DNA of 64,000 bases from Gekko japonicus (Eukaryota): the NCBI RefSeq assembly GCF_001447785.1, contig NW_015170887.1, positions 4,417,886 through 4,481,885 on the forward strand, written 5' to 3'. A program made the translations under genes and the position numbers. Below the pieces are notes generated by a model. The model had not been told where the DNA came from. It saw nothing but the letters and a program-made list of their open reading frames with translations, and searched no databases. Shown piece by piece: positions 40,901 to 53,162 of the stretch; within the stretch, counting starts at the first letter, position 1; every line of letters starts with the position of its first letter.

Positions 40901-42399
40901 TAACTGTTGATCTCTTATTCAGATTGTGACATTCCACCCTTCTGTCAAACTGAATAACTGTGCAATCCTAGGCAAGGTCAACTCGGAATCCTACTGAATC
41001 CTATTCAATGTGGCGTACTCCCAAGAAAATGTTCTTCAGATTGCTTTGTAAGATTGCCAAATCTGACATGCAGTTCAAAAAGTCACAATGGGTTCCTACA
41101 AGCTCAGTGCAAGGAATCTTTTCACCATTTCTAGCTTCAGACCTTGGGTTTGGGCTACTCAGGGTCCAGCTCTTGGGGCCATAAGCTTGCAAGTGTATTT
41201 ATAATATGATGTTCAATGGAGAAGAAAAGTGAGTTGAGTGGAAGGGTAATTAAGTTACAAGAATCAGGAGCAATCTAGGACAAATCATATTGGTTAAAAA
41301 TTCATAAATTCATTTATACAGTAAGTCACGGGACTTTCTTTCACAGCATTGGGTTATGTTCATATGGAAGATCAAACATTAATGTAGGGACAAAGACTCT
41401 AGCAATATCATTTTGAGCAGAGGTAGCTAACATTTCTAAGTCAACTGAAGTCAGGGGGTTGAGAAGGTTGATGATAAATAATCGCCAAACAATGTGAGAA
41501 TGTTTATGTGCAAATTGTTTGTAGTCTGGACCAAAACACTCCAATAAATGAGCATCCACTGGACAATTTCCATAAATAGAAGGGAATTTCTGTCAGCAAA
41601 GCTTGGCCTCCTCACCTCCCCAGTCCTGCTGCAGTCCAAAATACCCCCAAAATACTGCTCCTGGGGAACTGTGCAGTGGGGGGGGGAGAATTGGCAAAAA
41701 TTCCCCCACCATGCATTGAACTCCTACAGTGAATCCAGAAAGGCAAAGGTGGATATGGCTAAATTAGAAAGACAAGCCATGTAGCTTTCCTCCACCCAAC
41801 TCTAGCAGTGTCAAAACTTTATATTATTATTATTGACATGTAATAAAGAAAAAAGGGATAGGAAGATGGAGAAAAACATTTCAATAGTAAGTTTCAACTC
41901 AAAAATTTCAGATCTCCTCCCCCTTTAATTCTTGGACTTGATGATGTCAACAGATGAGGGAAGGAAGCTGCAAGACTGCAATCTAATCATGTGAGAACGC
42001 AGCCTCATAAAAAGGGGGGACACATATTAATTTGATCAGATACATCTGAACAGCTTGGCAAAAGATTAGCTCTCTGATTATGACCACAAAGCAGAAACCA
42101 AACCAGGGGATAATCCAAGCATCCCTGTCTAGAATACGAAGTAGGATTTAAAAATGTATTTTTAATTTTTTTTAAAAAACAACAACACAGAACAATCATG
42201 ATGGATGGGGCTGGGGAAAGTGATGTGATAATGTGCATGCATATTACATTTTGAAATCCAATTTGAATCATTTGAAAACTTTTTTTCAATGCTCACAAAT
42301 GCTGAATAAATTGTCACCTTAGCAGTGCTGCTGACCCAGCTACCCCAAATTTGTAGAAAACTGGTTTCCTTTGTTAGGTTATTTAACTTCTCACAGTGT

Positions 42400-43318
42400 G
42401 GGTTCTGAAAAATTGTTTCATATGAACTTGCTTAATATCTGATTGCTCGGATGGTATTTTGAATATGTAGTTTTGTCCCACTTTTTAAATGTAACATAAA
42501 TGAGAAGCATTTTTGTAAAAAGGGGGGGGGTTACCCTAAGGGGGTAAAAAAGGGGCAAAACGTGTTCCCCCAATTGTTAGAAGAGACTGCAGACAGTTGA
42601 GGACAGTTACGGAAATCAGCTATTCAAGACTCCTGAATAGACATTTTCCAAAAAAGCCAGCATGGCAACTGAGTTAATGAATGTTCATGGGGAGAGAGTA
42701 AAGGACCTTTCTAGGAGCCATTTTGATGCATGCCTCCCTCATGAACCTGAAGAAATGTCCACCGCATCACCACTCCCTCACATCAACTCCCCCTCACACC
42801 TCTCAGCTCTTACTGCTCCCAAGAAAGCTCCCGGCAAACATTGATCCAGATATACCAGTGCTACAAGGAGGAGGCAACTTAGGAATGCAGCAAAGACATT
42901 TGCACATAGTACTCCTGCGAGCACTGAGATCACCCTGAGGTGCTCAGAACAACACTGTCTCCATATGAGCAAAACAATCCAGGATCACAAGTAGAAAGGC
43001 CATCACTTTCATGGAAGGTGGCAGGAGTTGACGTAACAGACAACTGCTTCTTAAATGAACAGTTCTATGTTGCCTGCTCCAGAGTGAGCTCACCAAGCAG
43101 CCTGGTGATCCTTGCACCTGAGGGCAGAACCACCAATGTGGTCTACAGAGAGGTCCTTCAGTACAGGAAAAAAAATTGCATATGTCTTACTTCATTTTTT
43201 ACACTACAATCTTCTCCATTAGAATTCCTACGACAAATGTTACATTTCAGACATCATCAGTATTATAACTGGATTTACGGAACTTAAATACCATAGTGAA
43301 GCATGGGTATCAGGCTAG
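42400..43318 (+). mobile_element. Helitron remnant with PIF1-helicase C-terminus (5' boundary uncertain)
   Basis: KVAGVDVTDNCFLNEQFYVACSRVSSPSSLVILAPEGRTTNVVYREVL (about 43015-43160); degenerate subterminal hairpin, then CTAG at 43315-43318 followed by T. Confidence 0.85.
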
Positions 43319-43354
43319 TATCTCAATAAATAAATACATCACCATACATTTGGC

Positions 43355-43540
43355 AAGGGAGGGAAGGCGGCATGCTATAGCCCGATCTTGGAAGCTGAGC
43401 AGGATCAGTACTTGGATGGGAGATGTCCAAGGAAGACACTGCAGAGCAAGGCAATGACAAAGCACCTCTGCTTCTCACTTGCCTTGGAAGCCCATTGCTG
43501 GTGTCTTCATAAGCTGGTTGTGACTTGAGGGCACACACAT
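43355..43540 (+). mobile_element. 5S rRNA-derived SINE
   Basis: CCCGATCTTGGAAGCTGAGCAGGATCAGTACTTGGATGGGAGA 5S-like head. Confidence 0.7.
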
Positions 43541-46049
43541 TTGTAAAAAGTTGTTTTCATTCACACTGGTCCAAAAATTAACATCCCAGAACAAAGCAAA
43601 ATCAGCATAATATCTTCTATTGGGACCAGCACCATGACACCACACAGCATGCAAGTTTTGAGGCACCTTCCCAAACCACAAAAGTGATTTCCTGACAGTG
43701 GCAAATGATGACCTGAGTTTATTGTTAGAAATTTAAAAATCGCTGCTCATTTGGTGTGTGTCCCCCTCCTTGATGCCTATTAAGGCATTTCTTGAATAGC
43801 TGCCATAAGCCTCAGGAAGCCATCAGGTGAAAAACACCCTGCGGCGTTCTCACCTTCTGGGTCCGAGACGCAGACCGTGTGCATGCTGAAACCCCCCTGG
43901 TTCAGTGCTCCAGCTTAACCTTCACGGGAAGGCTGGCGTGAGCTGCAGCAGCCACGGCAAAGCCATCTGTTCCAGCAGGGTGTTTCAGGTCTGGTGCGCG
44001 CTCCTCAGCACGCTGATTGACTGCAGCTGCGCACAAATTAGTTTTCTTCCAAGAGCTATTTATTGACTTCAAATTAACTGCATCTGCATTAAAGCTGGAA
44101 GTAAACAATGGCAAACACATAAACAAACACCCAGATTAGATTGGGTGTCCTCCCATACTTATGGTTTGCAATTGCTCTCCCAGTAATCTGTATTGTTACT
44201 ACCAGAGCTCCTTACATAACATAGGAGGTGCACAACACAATGATTGGCCAGTTACAGTTGAACTGAGGCTTCACTGCTATTTTAGGGATCCCTCTACTGC
44301 TCAACTGTTGCAATTCTGCAAAATTTCAGCAAGCAGTTCAGGGTTCCTTGCTGGGTGCTCCTCATCTCTTATGCCTGAGACCTGATGCCCAAATAGTATT
44401 TATATGCAGCCTGCTCTGATTCCCTCCCAGGCTGCACAGCACATTCAGACTGGTATTAAGACCTGGCATGGATGGACACCTGCAGGCATGCACTGATATA
44501 TAGGTGGGCAGACTGGGGAGGATGTTTGGTCAATATTTCTTAGCATGCTCAATGGTAGTTTTATGCTGTTTTTGTAGCCCGTGGCTTGGTTCTAATGATT
44601 TCTTTTGTTTTTTATATTAATAATTTATTATGCTTTTATGATTCGATGCTGTCATTTTTAATAGTAATCTACCTTGTCTAGCACTGTGGAGATGAGCCAT
44701 ATAAATTCCTGAAACAAGTAAATGATTAAATGTTGCCCCCCACCCCTAGCAATAAGCACCATAAACCCATAGGCAGACAGAGGAAAGTGTTTTCCGTGTG
44801 CATGATTGACAGACAGGCAAGCACTGTTGCAAATTCGAGGGATGTCAGTCAATGCCACCCATACTGCCCTCCACCCAGCAGTAGGTCAAATCAGCCATGC
44901 TGTCTGAATGTGTGTGCACTCTACTCTGTAATACAGAAGCAGATAGATCAGGGCCAAGCAAGAAGAGATGCAAGAAGCTAGTGATGAGGGTAGATGCAGC
45001 AAGTCTTGAATGTCTGTTACCAGGTCCGGCCCCAGCTTTTTTTGCACACTAGGTGAAAATACCTTCTGACGCCCCCCCCCCTCAAGTGCACCCACCAATT
45101 TTCAAACATAAATGCATTCTAGGAAGAATGAAAAACACATTTGAAATTGCTAATTTCTTTTTTTTAATTGTGAGAAAAAGTAATACAATCTTTGATTTTC
45201 TCTCTCAAACAGAAAAACACAAATCACAAAGCATTTTGAAAAATCCTGTTAATTGTGATGTTGAAATTTAAGTCTCTTTAGTGTTTCCATTTCAGGCACA
45301 TCACATTCTGACCCTAACCCTAATCCTGGCTTGAGTCCAGTGGCACCTTTAAGATCAACATATGAGCTTTTTTGTGCACAAACATGCTTTTCAGGACAGT
45401 CCAGGATGGACCTCCCAGTCCCAGGTATCCCAAGCCACCGCATCCACCAACACAGCTCCAAAGGAAAAAGGAATATTCACCCAAGCCTTGTAACATAGAA
45501 AGCCTTAAGATTTCAGAGAATAAGGGAGGACTACACATCTCTCGAGTCCAGTGGGCCCTTGACTTTCCAGAAACCCAGGAATCTTCTACCCAGGGGAATT
45601 GACTTTCCAGAAACCCGGGAATCTTCTACCCAGGGGTTATTTTATTAAGAGACAGTTCCTGCACACAACTTTTTAAAGAGAGACGTGTAGTTACTAAACC
45701 GTGCCTGTAAGCCAAGGGAGTGAATGTACTTATTCCAGTCTTCTCAGCCATTCATCCAGCACTCATGCTGGCTTGCCCATGACAGTAAAAAACAACAACA
45801 ACAACACACACACACAGAGAGAAATACCACAGAAATTGAAGTCTCCAGGAAAAAGCAACACATGGTAGGCATGCTCTACAGATACAAAAGCTCTAACCTC
45901 CCCACCAGAAGGGATGGGGAGGGAATCTGCTTCAGTGTCCTGCTATGGAAGTGACCCAAAGCCAAACAAGGGGTACTAAATACCACTAAATAAATACCAC
46001 CTTTATTCTAATTCTACAGTTCCCTTTCTCTATAAAGGCACATGAACAC

Positions 46050-46235
46050 ATAAAGCTGCCTTATACTGAATGAAATATTTTTGGTCCATCAAGGCCAGTA
46101 TTGTCTCCTCAGACTAGCAGCAGGTCTCTAGTAGAGGTCTTTCACATCAGCAACTACCTGATCCCTTTAACTGGAGATGCTGGGGATTGAACCTCGGACA
46201 TTCTGCATACCGACCCCATGCTCTACCAGGCAGCC
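46050..46235 (-). mobile_element. tRNA-derived SINE (related copies about 54520-54695, 56310-56420, 63860-64000)
   Basis: AAGCTGCCTTATACTGA...GGGGATTGAACCT...ATGCTCTACCA. Confidence 0.6.
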
Positions 46236-47383
46236 TTTGGCCAGCCTCTAACCATCAGCTTCTCCCCCCCTATCTGTGTTACAGAGATAAATATAACAAT
46301 GTACATTCCAGGGCTGTTGTAAGGATTCTAGCTTCACATTTAAACATTTTTCCCCAAAGTATATCGTTTGCCTGCCCACCAGGCAGTTGGGAGTGGGTTT
46401 TTTAAAGACGCTTTGGAGATGGGAGGTTTTCTTCTCCTGTCAGGATGGTTGCTTTTTTAAAAAAAATCATACGCCTCCCTCACCCAGCTGTGCTCCCTCC
46501 CACCTCCCAAATATGACTGCCTCACTGCACATTTTGCTGGTGCTGCTCTTCTCTAATGTTACCTTGCCCCCCTGGAGATGGAAGGTGGCGATGAGCGCAG
46601 CAATGTTGCTGCACGAGTTGTGAGCACAGTGGGGGGTGGGGTTTGAGCACCCAGGTCGAGTGTCGCTGGTGGGGGGTGGGATTACAGCCCAGCGGAGGGA
46701 GGGCGGTCGGGGGCGGGTCTGGCAGGCTGTGGCAGGAGGTGGTGGAAGGATGACAACGGGGCAGCCGGGGGGAAGAAAGAGGTGGCGGCTGGGGGCAACA
46801 ATGGGCTTTTGGTGGGGGTGGGGGAGCTTTTGGCGGGGGGAGGCACAGTTTGGCGTTCGCATCCAGGGCCCACCCAAGTGAAAGTCTAATTCGCCTAGTG
46901 GGTGAGCTGGCCCTGTCTGTTACAAAACCAGCCCCTCTGGACAGCCCTCCCATTCATGTGCCAAGAACGAAGGGATGGTGGAGAAGAGATTTTTTTAAAA
47001 AAACAGTGGACAGTGTGGGCAAGGGGAACTAAAATTTGGCCCCTAATGCACCTAGGAAGAGATCGGTTTCTTTCGCCCAACATTTCTGTCCTCGTCAGGG
47101 TCAGTCTGGAAGAAAAATCCTGGGTCTTAAAGAATTGATCAGTGGTGGCACTTCTACTACAAAGGATTCTGATCTAAGCCAGACCTAGCTGAGCAAAGTT
47201 TAGACCAACCTGACTCCAGGTGGCAGGTGCTTTAGTCCTTACTACTTTCCTCTAAACAGGTAAAAAGAAAGAATAATAATATGTTTCAAATACTCATGCC
47301 AGCAAATAGGTACTCAGGAGAACAAACGTACCACCTCCAGCCAACATTTCTATATATGATGGTGCTTAAATAAATTCAGAAGT

Positions 47384-47603
47384 TAGGGTTGCCAGGGCTG
47401 GGGTGGGAAATACCTGGAGAATTTGGGGGGTGGAGCCTGAGGAGGGTGGGGTTGGGGAGGGGGAGGGACTTCTGTGGGATAAAATGCCAGAGAATCCACC
47501 TTCCACTGTAACCATTTTCTCCAGGTGAACTGATCTCCATCTCTTGGTGATCAGCTGTAATACCAGGAGATCTCTAGCCATTACCTAGAACTTGGCAACT
47601 CTA
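47384..47603. mobile_element. Non-autonomous hAT-type element (TAGGGTTGCC family)
   Basis: TAGGGTTGCCA / TGGCAACTCTA; perfect 8-bp TSD TCAGAAGT. Confidence 0.9.
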
Positions 47604-48266
47604 TCAGAAGTCTCCTCTACTGTGACATCTTACCAAGTCATTTTCTTATGGTATCAGTTAACAAAATCCAAGATGTAAAATAGCTGATAATTTCCCAGGA
47701 TTTAGTTTTGGCTATTTGTTCTGTGAAAAGGTCACAGACCCACCATATAACAAATATGATTATGCTATCCTTAGTCTTGGAACTTGTTTCCGATAAAATA
47801 ATTACTTTCTGAATGACACACTGATTACTAATTGAACAATGAGTTTATTGTGTGCTTCTGTTTAAAAAGAGGGGGAAAAAAGAATATGAAGGTTTGGATA
47901 TATTCTGTGCAACGAGTTGCTTAAACTGATAAACGGTTTTAATTCAAGTAATTACTCGGTTAAGACTAAAAAGTGCTGAGGAAGTCTGAAGGAAAATTTG
48001 CTTTGCCTTAATGCTTTATAATAACGCCTCTGTACAGAATTAATAGTAATTACAAAACCAATAGCACATTGGAAATGCACTGCTGCATCTTTGGAGGTTA
48101 TTCAAAAGCAGTCCCACACAAGGAGCTCACAGCATTTTCCTGTTTGTAGGAATAACTCAACAAGCATTGGGCCAGTCCCCAATCTCTTGCATGGTATTTA
48201 CTGTGAGCATGTTAGAAAATGTGGTAAATCAAATGAATTGCATCATCGCACTCCAAGCCAGAGGTT

Positions 48267-48549
48267 AGAGCCAGTTTGGTGTAGTGGTTAAGTGTGCGGA
48301 CTCTAATCTGGGAGAACCGGGTTTGATTCCCCACTCCTCCACTTGCACCTGCTGATGTGACCTTGGGTCAGTCCCAAGCTCTGGCACAGCTGTCCTTGAA
48401 AAAGAGCAGTTTGTGTCAGACTTCTCTCAGCCCCACCCACCTCACAGGGTGTCTGTTGTGGGGAGGGGAAGGGAAAGGAGTTTGTAAGCCGCTCTGAGAC
48501 TCTGAGTGAAGGCCGGGGTATAAATCCAATCTCTTCTTCTTCTTCTTCT
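48267..48549 (+). mobile_element. Full-length Squam3-like SINE
   Basis: AGCCAGTTTGGTGTAGTGGTTAAG, GGTTTGATTCCC, (TTC)n tail. Confidence 0.88.
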
Positions 48550-50048
48550 AGATGCTTATGGAAATGATCAAGGATTTCTCCATTCATGTGACTGTCAGGG
48601 ATAACTGCTTGTGTACACCCCCAAATTCACAAGCATATCTTTTCTCAAGCTCTGAACTGAATGTGGAGTCTCGAACTGTGCTGGAGACAGAGCAGCTTTC
48701 TATCAGGCTCACTTCACATGTGTTGGATAATGCACTTTCAATATGCTTTTGCAGCTCGATTTTCCTGTGCAAAACAGGAAAGCCTGCTTCCAAACAGTTG
48801 CTGAAGTGCATTATCCAACATGTGTGAAATTATATCACACTTTTTATCCTGCATTGTTTCCAAGTTGCTTATGGATCATTTCCATGAAGCATGGCCTTCT
48901 TGCCTTCCTCCTCCCACTGCAGCCCCAAGTATCCAGGTAACATCCAGGAACAGCATTTCAGGCAGCATTTTGAGTTTCACCAGCAGGTGGGAAGAGGTGA
49001 GAAAGACATGCTGCATGGAAGGAAATCCTTCCAGTGGTGGAAATGTTCCAGTAGATCCAACCCATAGTTCTTCCCTCATCCATCAACCATGTGGTTTATA
49101 TTAAGATCTGGCTCAGGAGCATAGCCAGGTATAAATATATGGCACCACTGGATAAATTTCACCCCTAATGCGGCACGACGGCTGGGGTGCATTGTTAAAG
49201 TTCCCATGTGGCCTAATCTGGTGTCTGTTTAACCAGTAGTAAGTCCCAGTGGGTTTGTTGGGAATTACTCCCAAGTAAGCATACACAGGATCATTTAGTT
49301 TGCTCTGTTAGTTCACAGGCTCCAGATTCTCATCTCTATTGAACAGCAAAAAAGTCAGTGGCATGATGGCTGCTGACTAGTTGTGCTGTTTTGGTGGCTT
49401 GCGGGCATGACATCTCCCTTTGTCAAGACAGAGCTGAATTTGAAATGCAGAGAGGAAAAAGAGCAATACGACACAGCAGGACAGAAAAAATAATTTTCCT
49501 GGTCTAGCATCTTTCTTTGTCTTGAAGCTAATGCTTCAGAAGAAGGCAAAGTGGATGCCTCTGAATAAGGAACTCAAACCTAAGGTTGAAGCAGAAAGGT
49601 TAAGGCCAAAGACAGAAGTCCAGGAGTCTGGTACTGCAGTGTCTTGGGGTACGGACGGAGCTGGTAGCCTTCTTTGGAAATAAATTGCCCAGACTGAAGG
49701 AAGGCAGCAGTTCCAAGACCTTTATTCAGACAAAGCAGTAGGTGGGTTTTCTAACGTCATCTGCTTTGCCATGCAAGGGGGTTATCCACACTGTAGTGCA
49801 AATGGGTCATGGCAAGCCACCTTTACCAATATCCACACTGTAGTGCAAATGGGTCATGGTAGGCAAGCCACCTTTACCAGTCTCACAGACAGATCCCTTA
49901 CAATTTCAGGTGAAGCCTAAAAAAAAAAATAGGAGGAACCTATAAGGGTTCCTCAGAACACAGTTGGAAAAATACTGACTACTGAGGCTCATCCTTGTTT
50001 GTATATAATTTGCGCAATTCTAGAAATTCCCATGATCAGCCATGAAGG

Positions 50049-50546
50049 CAGGGCTAATTTTGGGCAGGAACGGGCAGGAACGCACAGAAACGGAGTTCTG
50101 GCTGGCTTCCAAGTCGGCCATACCCAGCAGGAACTCATTAGCATAATAGGCCACACCCAACATCAGAAACTCATTAGGATTGGCTACATTAGGGGTGTGT
50201 GGCCTAACATGCAAAGGAGTTCCTGCTACAAAAAAAGCCCTGGGGTTTGACAAAAAACAAGGTAAACAGAATAAGAAGCAAAAGGTGGGTGTGGCTGGAT
50301 GAGCACACTTCTGGTAGCATGGGGTTGTGGCCTAATATGCCAACGAGATGTGTTGCCAGGGGTGTGGCCTAATATGCTAATCAGTTTCTGCTGTTGGGTG
50401 TGGCCTATTATGCTAATGAGTTCCTGCAGGGCTTTTTCTACAAAAAAAGCCCTGAGAAAAACAATCCAGGAACACAAGTAGAGAGGCCATCACTTTCATG
50501 GAAGGTAATGAGTTCCTGCAGGGCTTTTTCTACAAAAAAAGCCCTG
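50049..50546. mobile_element. Composite non-autonomous hAT element
   Basis: CAGGGCT... / ...AAAAAAAGCCCTG; perfect 8-bp TSD CATGAAGG (50041-50048, 50547-50554); internal extra right ends at 50242 and 50454. Confidence 0.88.
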
Positions 50547-50904
50547 CATGAAGGCAAATTCAGGTGGGTAGACATGTTGGTCTGAAGCAGTAGTACAAAG
50601 TTCAAGTCCTGTGGCACCTTTTATACCAACAAAGTTTTATTCAAGGTATAAGCTTTTGTGTGCGCATACACTTCTTCAGATACAGTGAAACAGAATTTCG
50701 TCAACCATTACATTTATTTATTTAATTACTTAGATTTCTATACTGCCCTCCCCAAACGGGCTCAGGAAGAGAGAGCGTGGGGTTAGTTGCCAGGAAAGGC
50801 TAGTTAGAATTAAAATGCAAAAGTAATAGGGCATTTATAGCTGAGATTGAATTAGGGCAGTTGTTAAAATCTCCGAGTGGCAGTAAATTAGCATACAAAT
50901 ACAG

Positions 50905-51600
50905 GAGTTTATTTATTTACTTTGATAATCCCACCCTCCCCCACAAGTGGGCTCAGGGCAGGTCACAACATATCAATTAGCACAAAATAGAAATAAGCAT
51001 TAAAACAAACAATAGTTTTAAACAAGTATTCTGGATGTGGAACAGTGGTCACTAGGGATGTGGAGGAGGAGGTATTTGTGAATTCCTTGCCTTGTGCAGG
51101 GGGTTGGACTAGATGACCCTGGAGGTCCCTTCCGACTCTACAATTTTATGATTCTATGATTCTAAATTAAAACAGAATAACATAAAAATAGAGTTACAAT
51201 CAGATCAAAACAACATGGTAAGTGTTCAGACAGTACTTAGCACCTCCTGGAAGATGCTAATTTGATGGTAGTTAATAATGGTAATGCTCTGTTGATCATT
51301 TTGAGCATGACAGGTCACATCACAATGGATACTGTGAGCACAGCAAGCAGTGCAAACGTGCAAGCAGTGCAAGCAGGGGAGGCTGAGATGGATTAGACGT
51401 CCGCCACCCCAGCCAAAGGCCTGGCAGAACAGCTTCGTTTGACAGGCTCTGCAGAACTGTAATAAGTCCTGCAGGGTCCTAATTTCAAGTGGGAGCAGGT
51501 TCCATCAGCCCAGGGCCAGGGCAGAAAAGGCCCTGAGCCTTGTCAAGGCTAGTCAGACTTCCTTTGGCCCCGGGACTACCAAAAGATGATGGTCTGCTGA
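50905..51600 (-). mobile_element. L2-like 3' end with a nested CR1 tail (51035-51164, + strand)
   Basis: (TTTA)n, GGGCTCAGGGCAGG, L2 body like 61500-61700; CR1 GGGTTGGACTAGATGACC...ATTCTATGATTCTA. Confidence 0.7.
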
Positions 51601-51698
51601 TGATGGTCAGTTAACAAACAGATGTGAGAATGAAGTTTTGAGTCCAGTGGTACCTTCAAGGCCAACAGAGTTCAACAAAATTCAATTATGTATGTATG

Positions 51699-51729
<31 letters not shown>

Positions 51730-51900
51730 CTGGGCAATTATAACGTCTGTGTGTGTGTGTTATAATTGTCCAGTTACTTATGCATCTTAATTCTAACTAG
51801 CCTTTCCTGGCAGCTAACCCTCCTCCCCTTCCTATATATAACAGTTGAGGAAATTCTGTTTCACTGTATCTGAAGAAGTGTGTGTGCACACAAAACCTTA

Positions 51901-52684
51901 TCTCTATATATAATAAAAGCGTTTTGGTGACTCTTCAGAACATTCGACACGCTCCCAAATTGGTTGGTGCCCTGGTGTTTCAGTCACAGGGCGTCTGTTT
52001 CCACTGGTTGCATTGCTGCCTCTGTGGGCATTGTCCCGCCAACAGAGGTGGTACGCGGCATCTTTCCTTCACTCTTCTTCAAGCGGACGGATGGGTCAGA
52101 CGCTCCAGCGGGCGGGGGCCTCAGCCCCAGTGCGCTGCCACTGCGGGTGTCCTCTCCCGAGTGTGCATAACTAGCTGGGCTGCGTGCGACCCGACAATGA
52201 ACGGGCCACCTGCTCCGGCGTGGGGGAGCTCAGCCCAATCTTGATGCTGCTGCCACCATCCTCACCTGCTTGCACGTAGCCGCCTGGACTGGGTGCGAGC
52301 CGGCGACAGAAGCGGGGGGGGGGCTTGACTGGATCCGGGTGCCGCCACCATCCGAGCCCAGCTACAGGTTGCCGGCTGTGCTGTGCCGGACAATGGACCC
52401 GCCAGCTGGGCTGTGATTGGACGATGGATGTGCACAGGGGGGCCGTCAGGCTGAGCCCGATCCTGCTGACGACGATGAATACCACTGGATGGTAGCTAGC
52501 CCCGAGGTTGCTGCAGGTCGCTCAGAGCCTGCTGGCCGCACCTGACCAACAAGCCGCTCACAAGCTGCTCCCTCACCCCTGGACTCTGAGGGGGCACAAG
52601 GGGGGGGGATCGGGAGACCGGGGGTGCCTCCGTCACGCCATGCTAGGGCTCATTGTCTTCCTCCACAACGGGCTTTGCTCCTAG
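51901..52684 (+). mobile_element. Complete non-autonomous Helitron, 784 bp
   Basis: A|TCTCTATATATAATAAAAG 5' end; 3' hairpin GCTCATTGT...ACAACGGGC then CTAG|T; no TSD; removing it restores host AAAACCTTATACCTTCAATAAAACTTTG. Confidence 0.92.
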
Positions 52685-52949
52685 TACCTTCAATAAAACT
52701 TTGTTGGTCTCAAAGATGCCACTGGACTCAAACTTCACAAAGGGAAATGTACATTAGTTCCATGCCAGTTAATTGAGGCACAAGAGCTATCAATCATACA
52801 CATAGTAATATAAGTGAGTCATGATAGCATCAGTAACAGTTGATCTTCTCTCTCCCTTTCCCTGCTATAGTCCCAGTTCTGTTGTATTTTTATTCTGGTG
52901 GTGGTGCTGGAGGAGAGTGGCATCAAGTTGCAGTCGACTTATGGTGACC

Positions 52950-53146
52950 TAGAGTTGCCAGGTCTAGGTTGGAAAATACCTGGAGATGGTGAGGTTTGGG
53001 CAGGGTAGGGGCCTCAGCATGGTACAATACCATAGAGTCCACCCTTCAAAGCAGCCATTTTCTCCAGGGGAGCTGATTTTTGTCAGCTGGAGATCAGTTC
53101 TAAAAGCAGGAGATCCCCAGGCCCCACCTGGAGGCTGGCAACCCTA
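52950..53146. mobile_element. hAT-type element (TAGGGTTGCC family)
   Basis: TAGAGTTGCCAG / CTGGCAACCCTA; TSD TGGTGACC / TAGTGACC. Confidence 0.85.
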
Positions 53147-53162
53147 TAGTGACCTCATAGGG

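Larger units (their letters stand above)
50561..52737. mobile_element. Penelope-like inverted pair with degenerate hammerhead motifs, hosting nested L2, CR1, (TATG)n and a Helitron
   Basis: 50600-50820 is inverted relative to 51780-51900 plus 52685-52737; GTATCTGAAGAAGTGT...ACACAAAA(G/C)CTTATAC motif on both arms. Confidence 0.7.

Noticed and set aside
46440-46950. Overlapping Pro/Gly-rich ORFs
   Set aside because: G-rich low-complexity sequence, probably an unclassified repeat; termini not resolved
50417-50546. Repeat-spacer-repeat pattern resembling a CRISPR array
   Set aside because: Eukaryotic context, only two units, and the repeats are hAT termini; no cas genes
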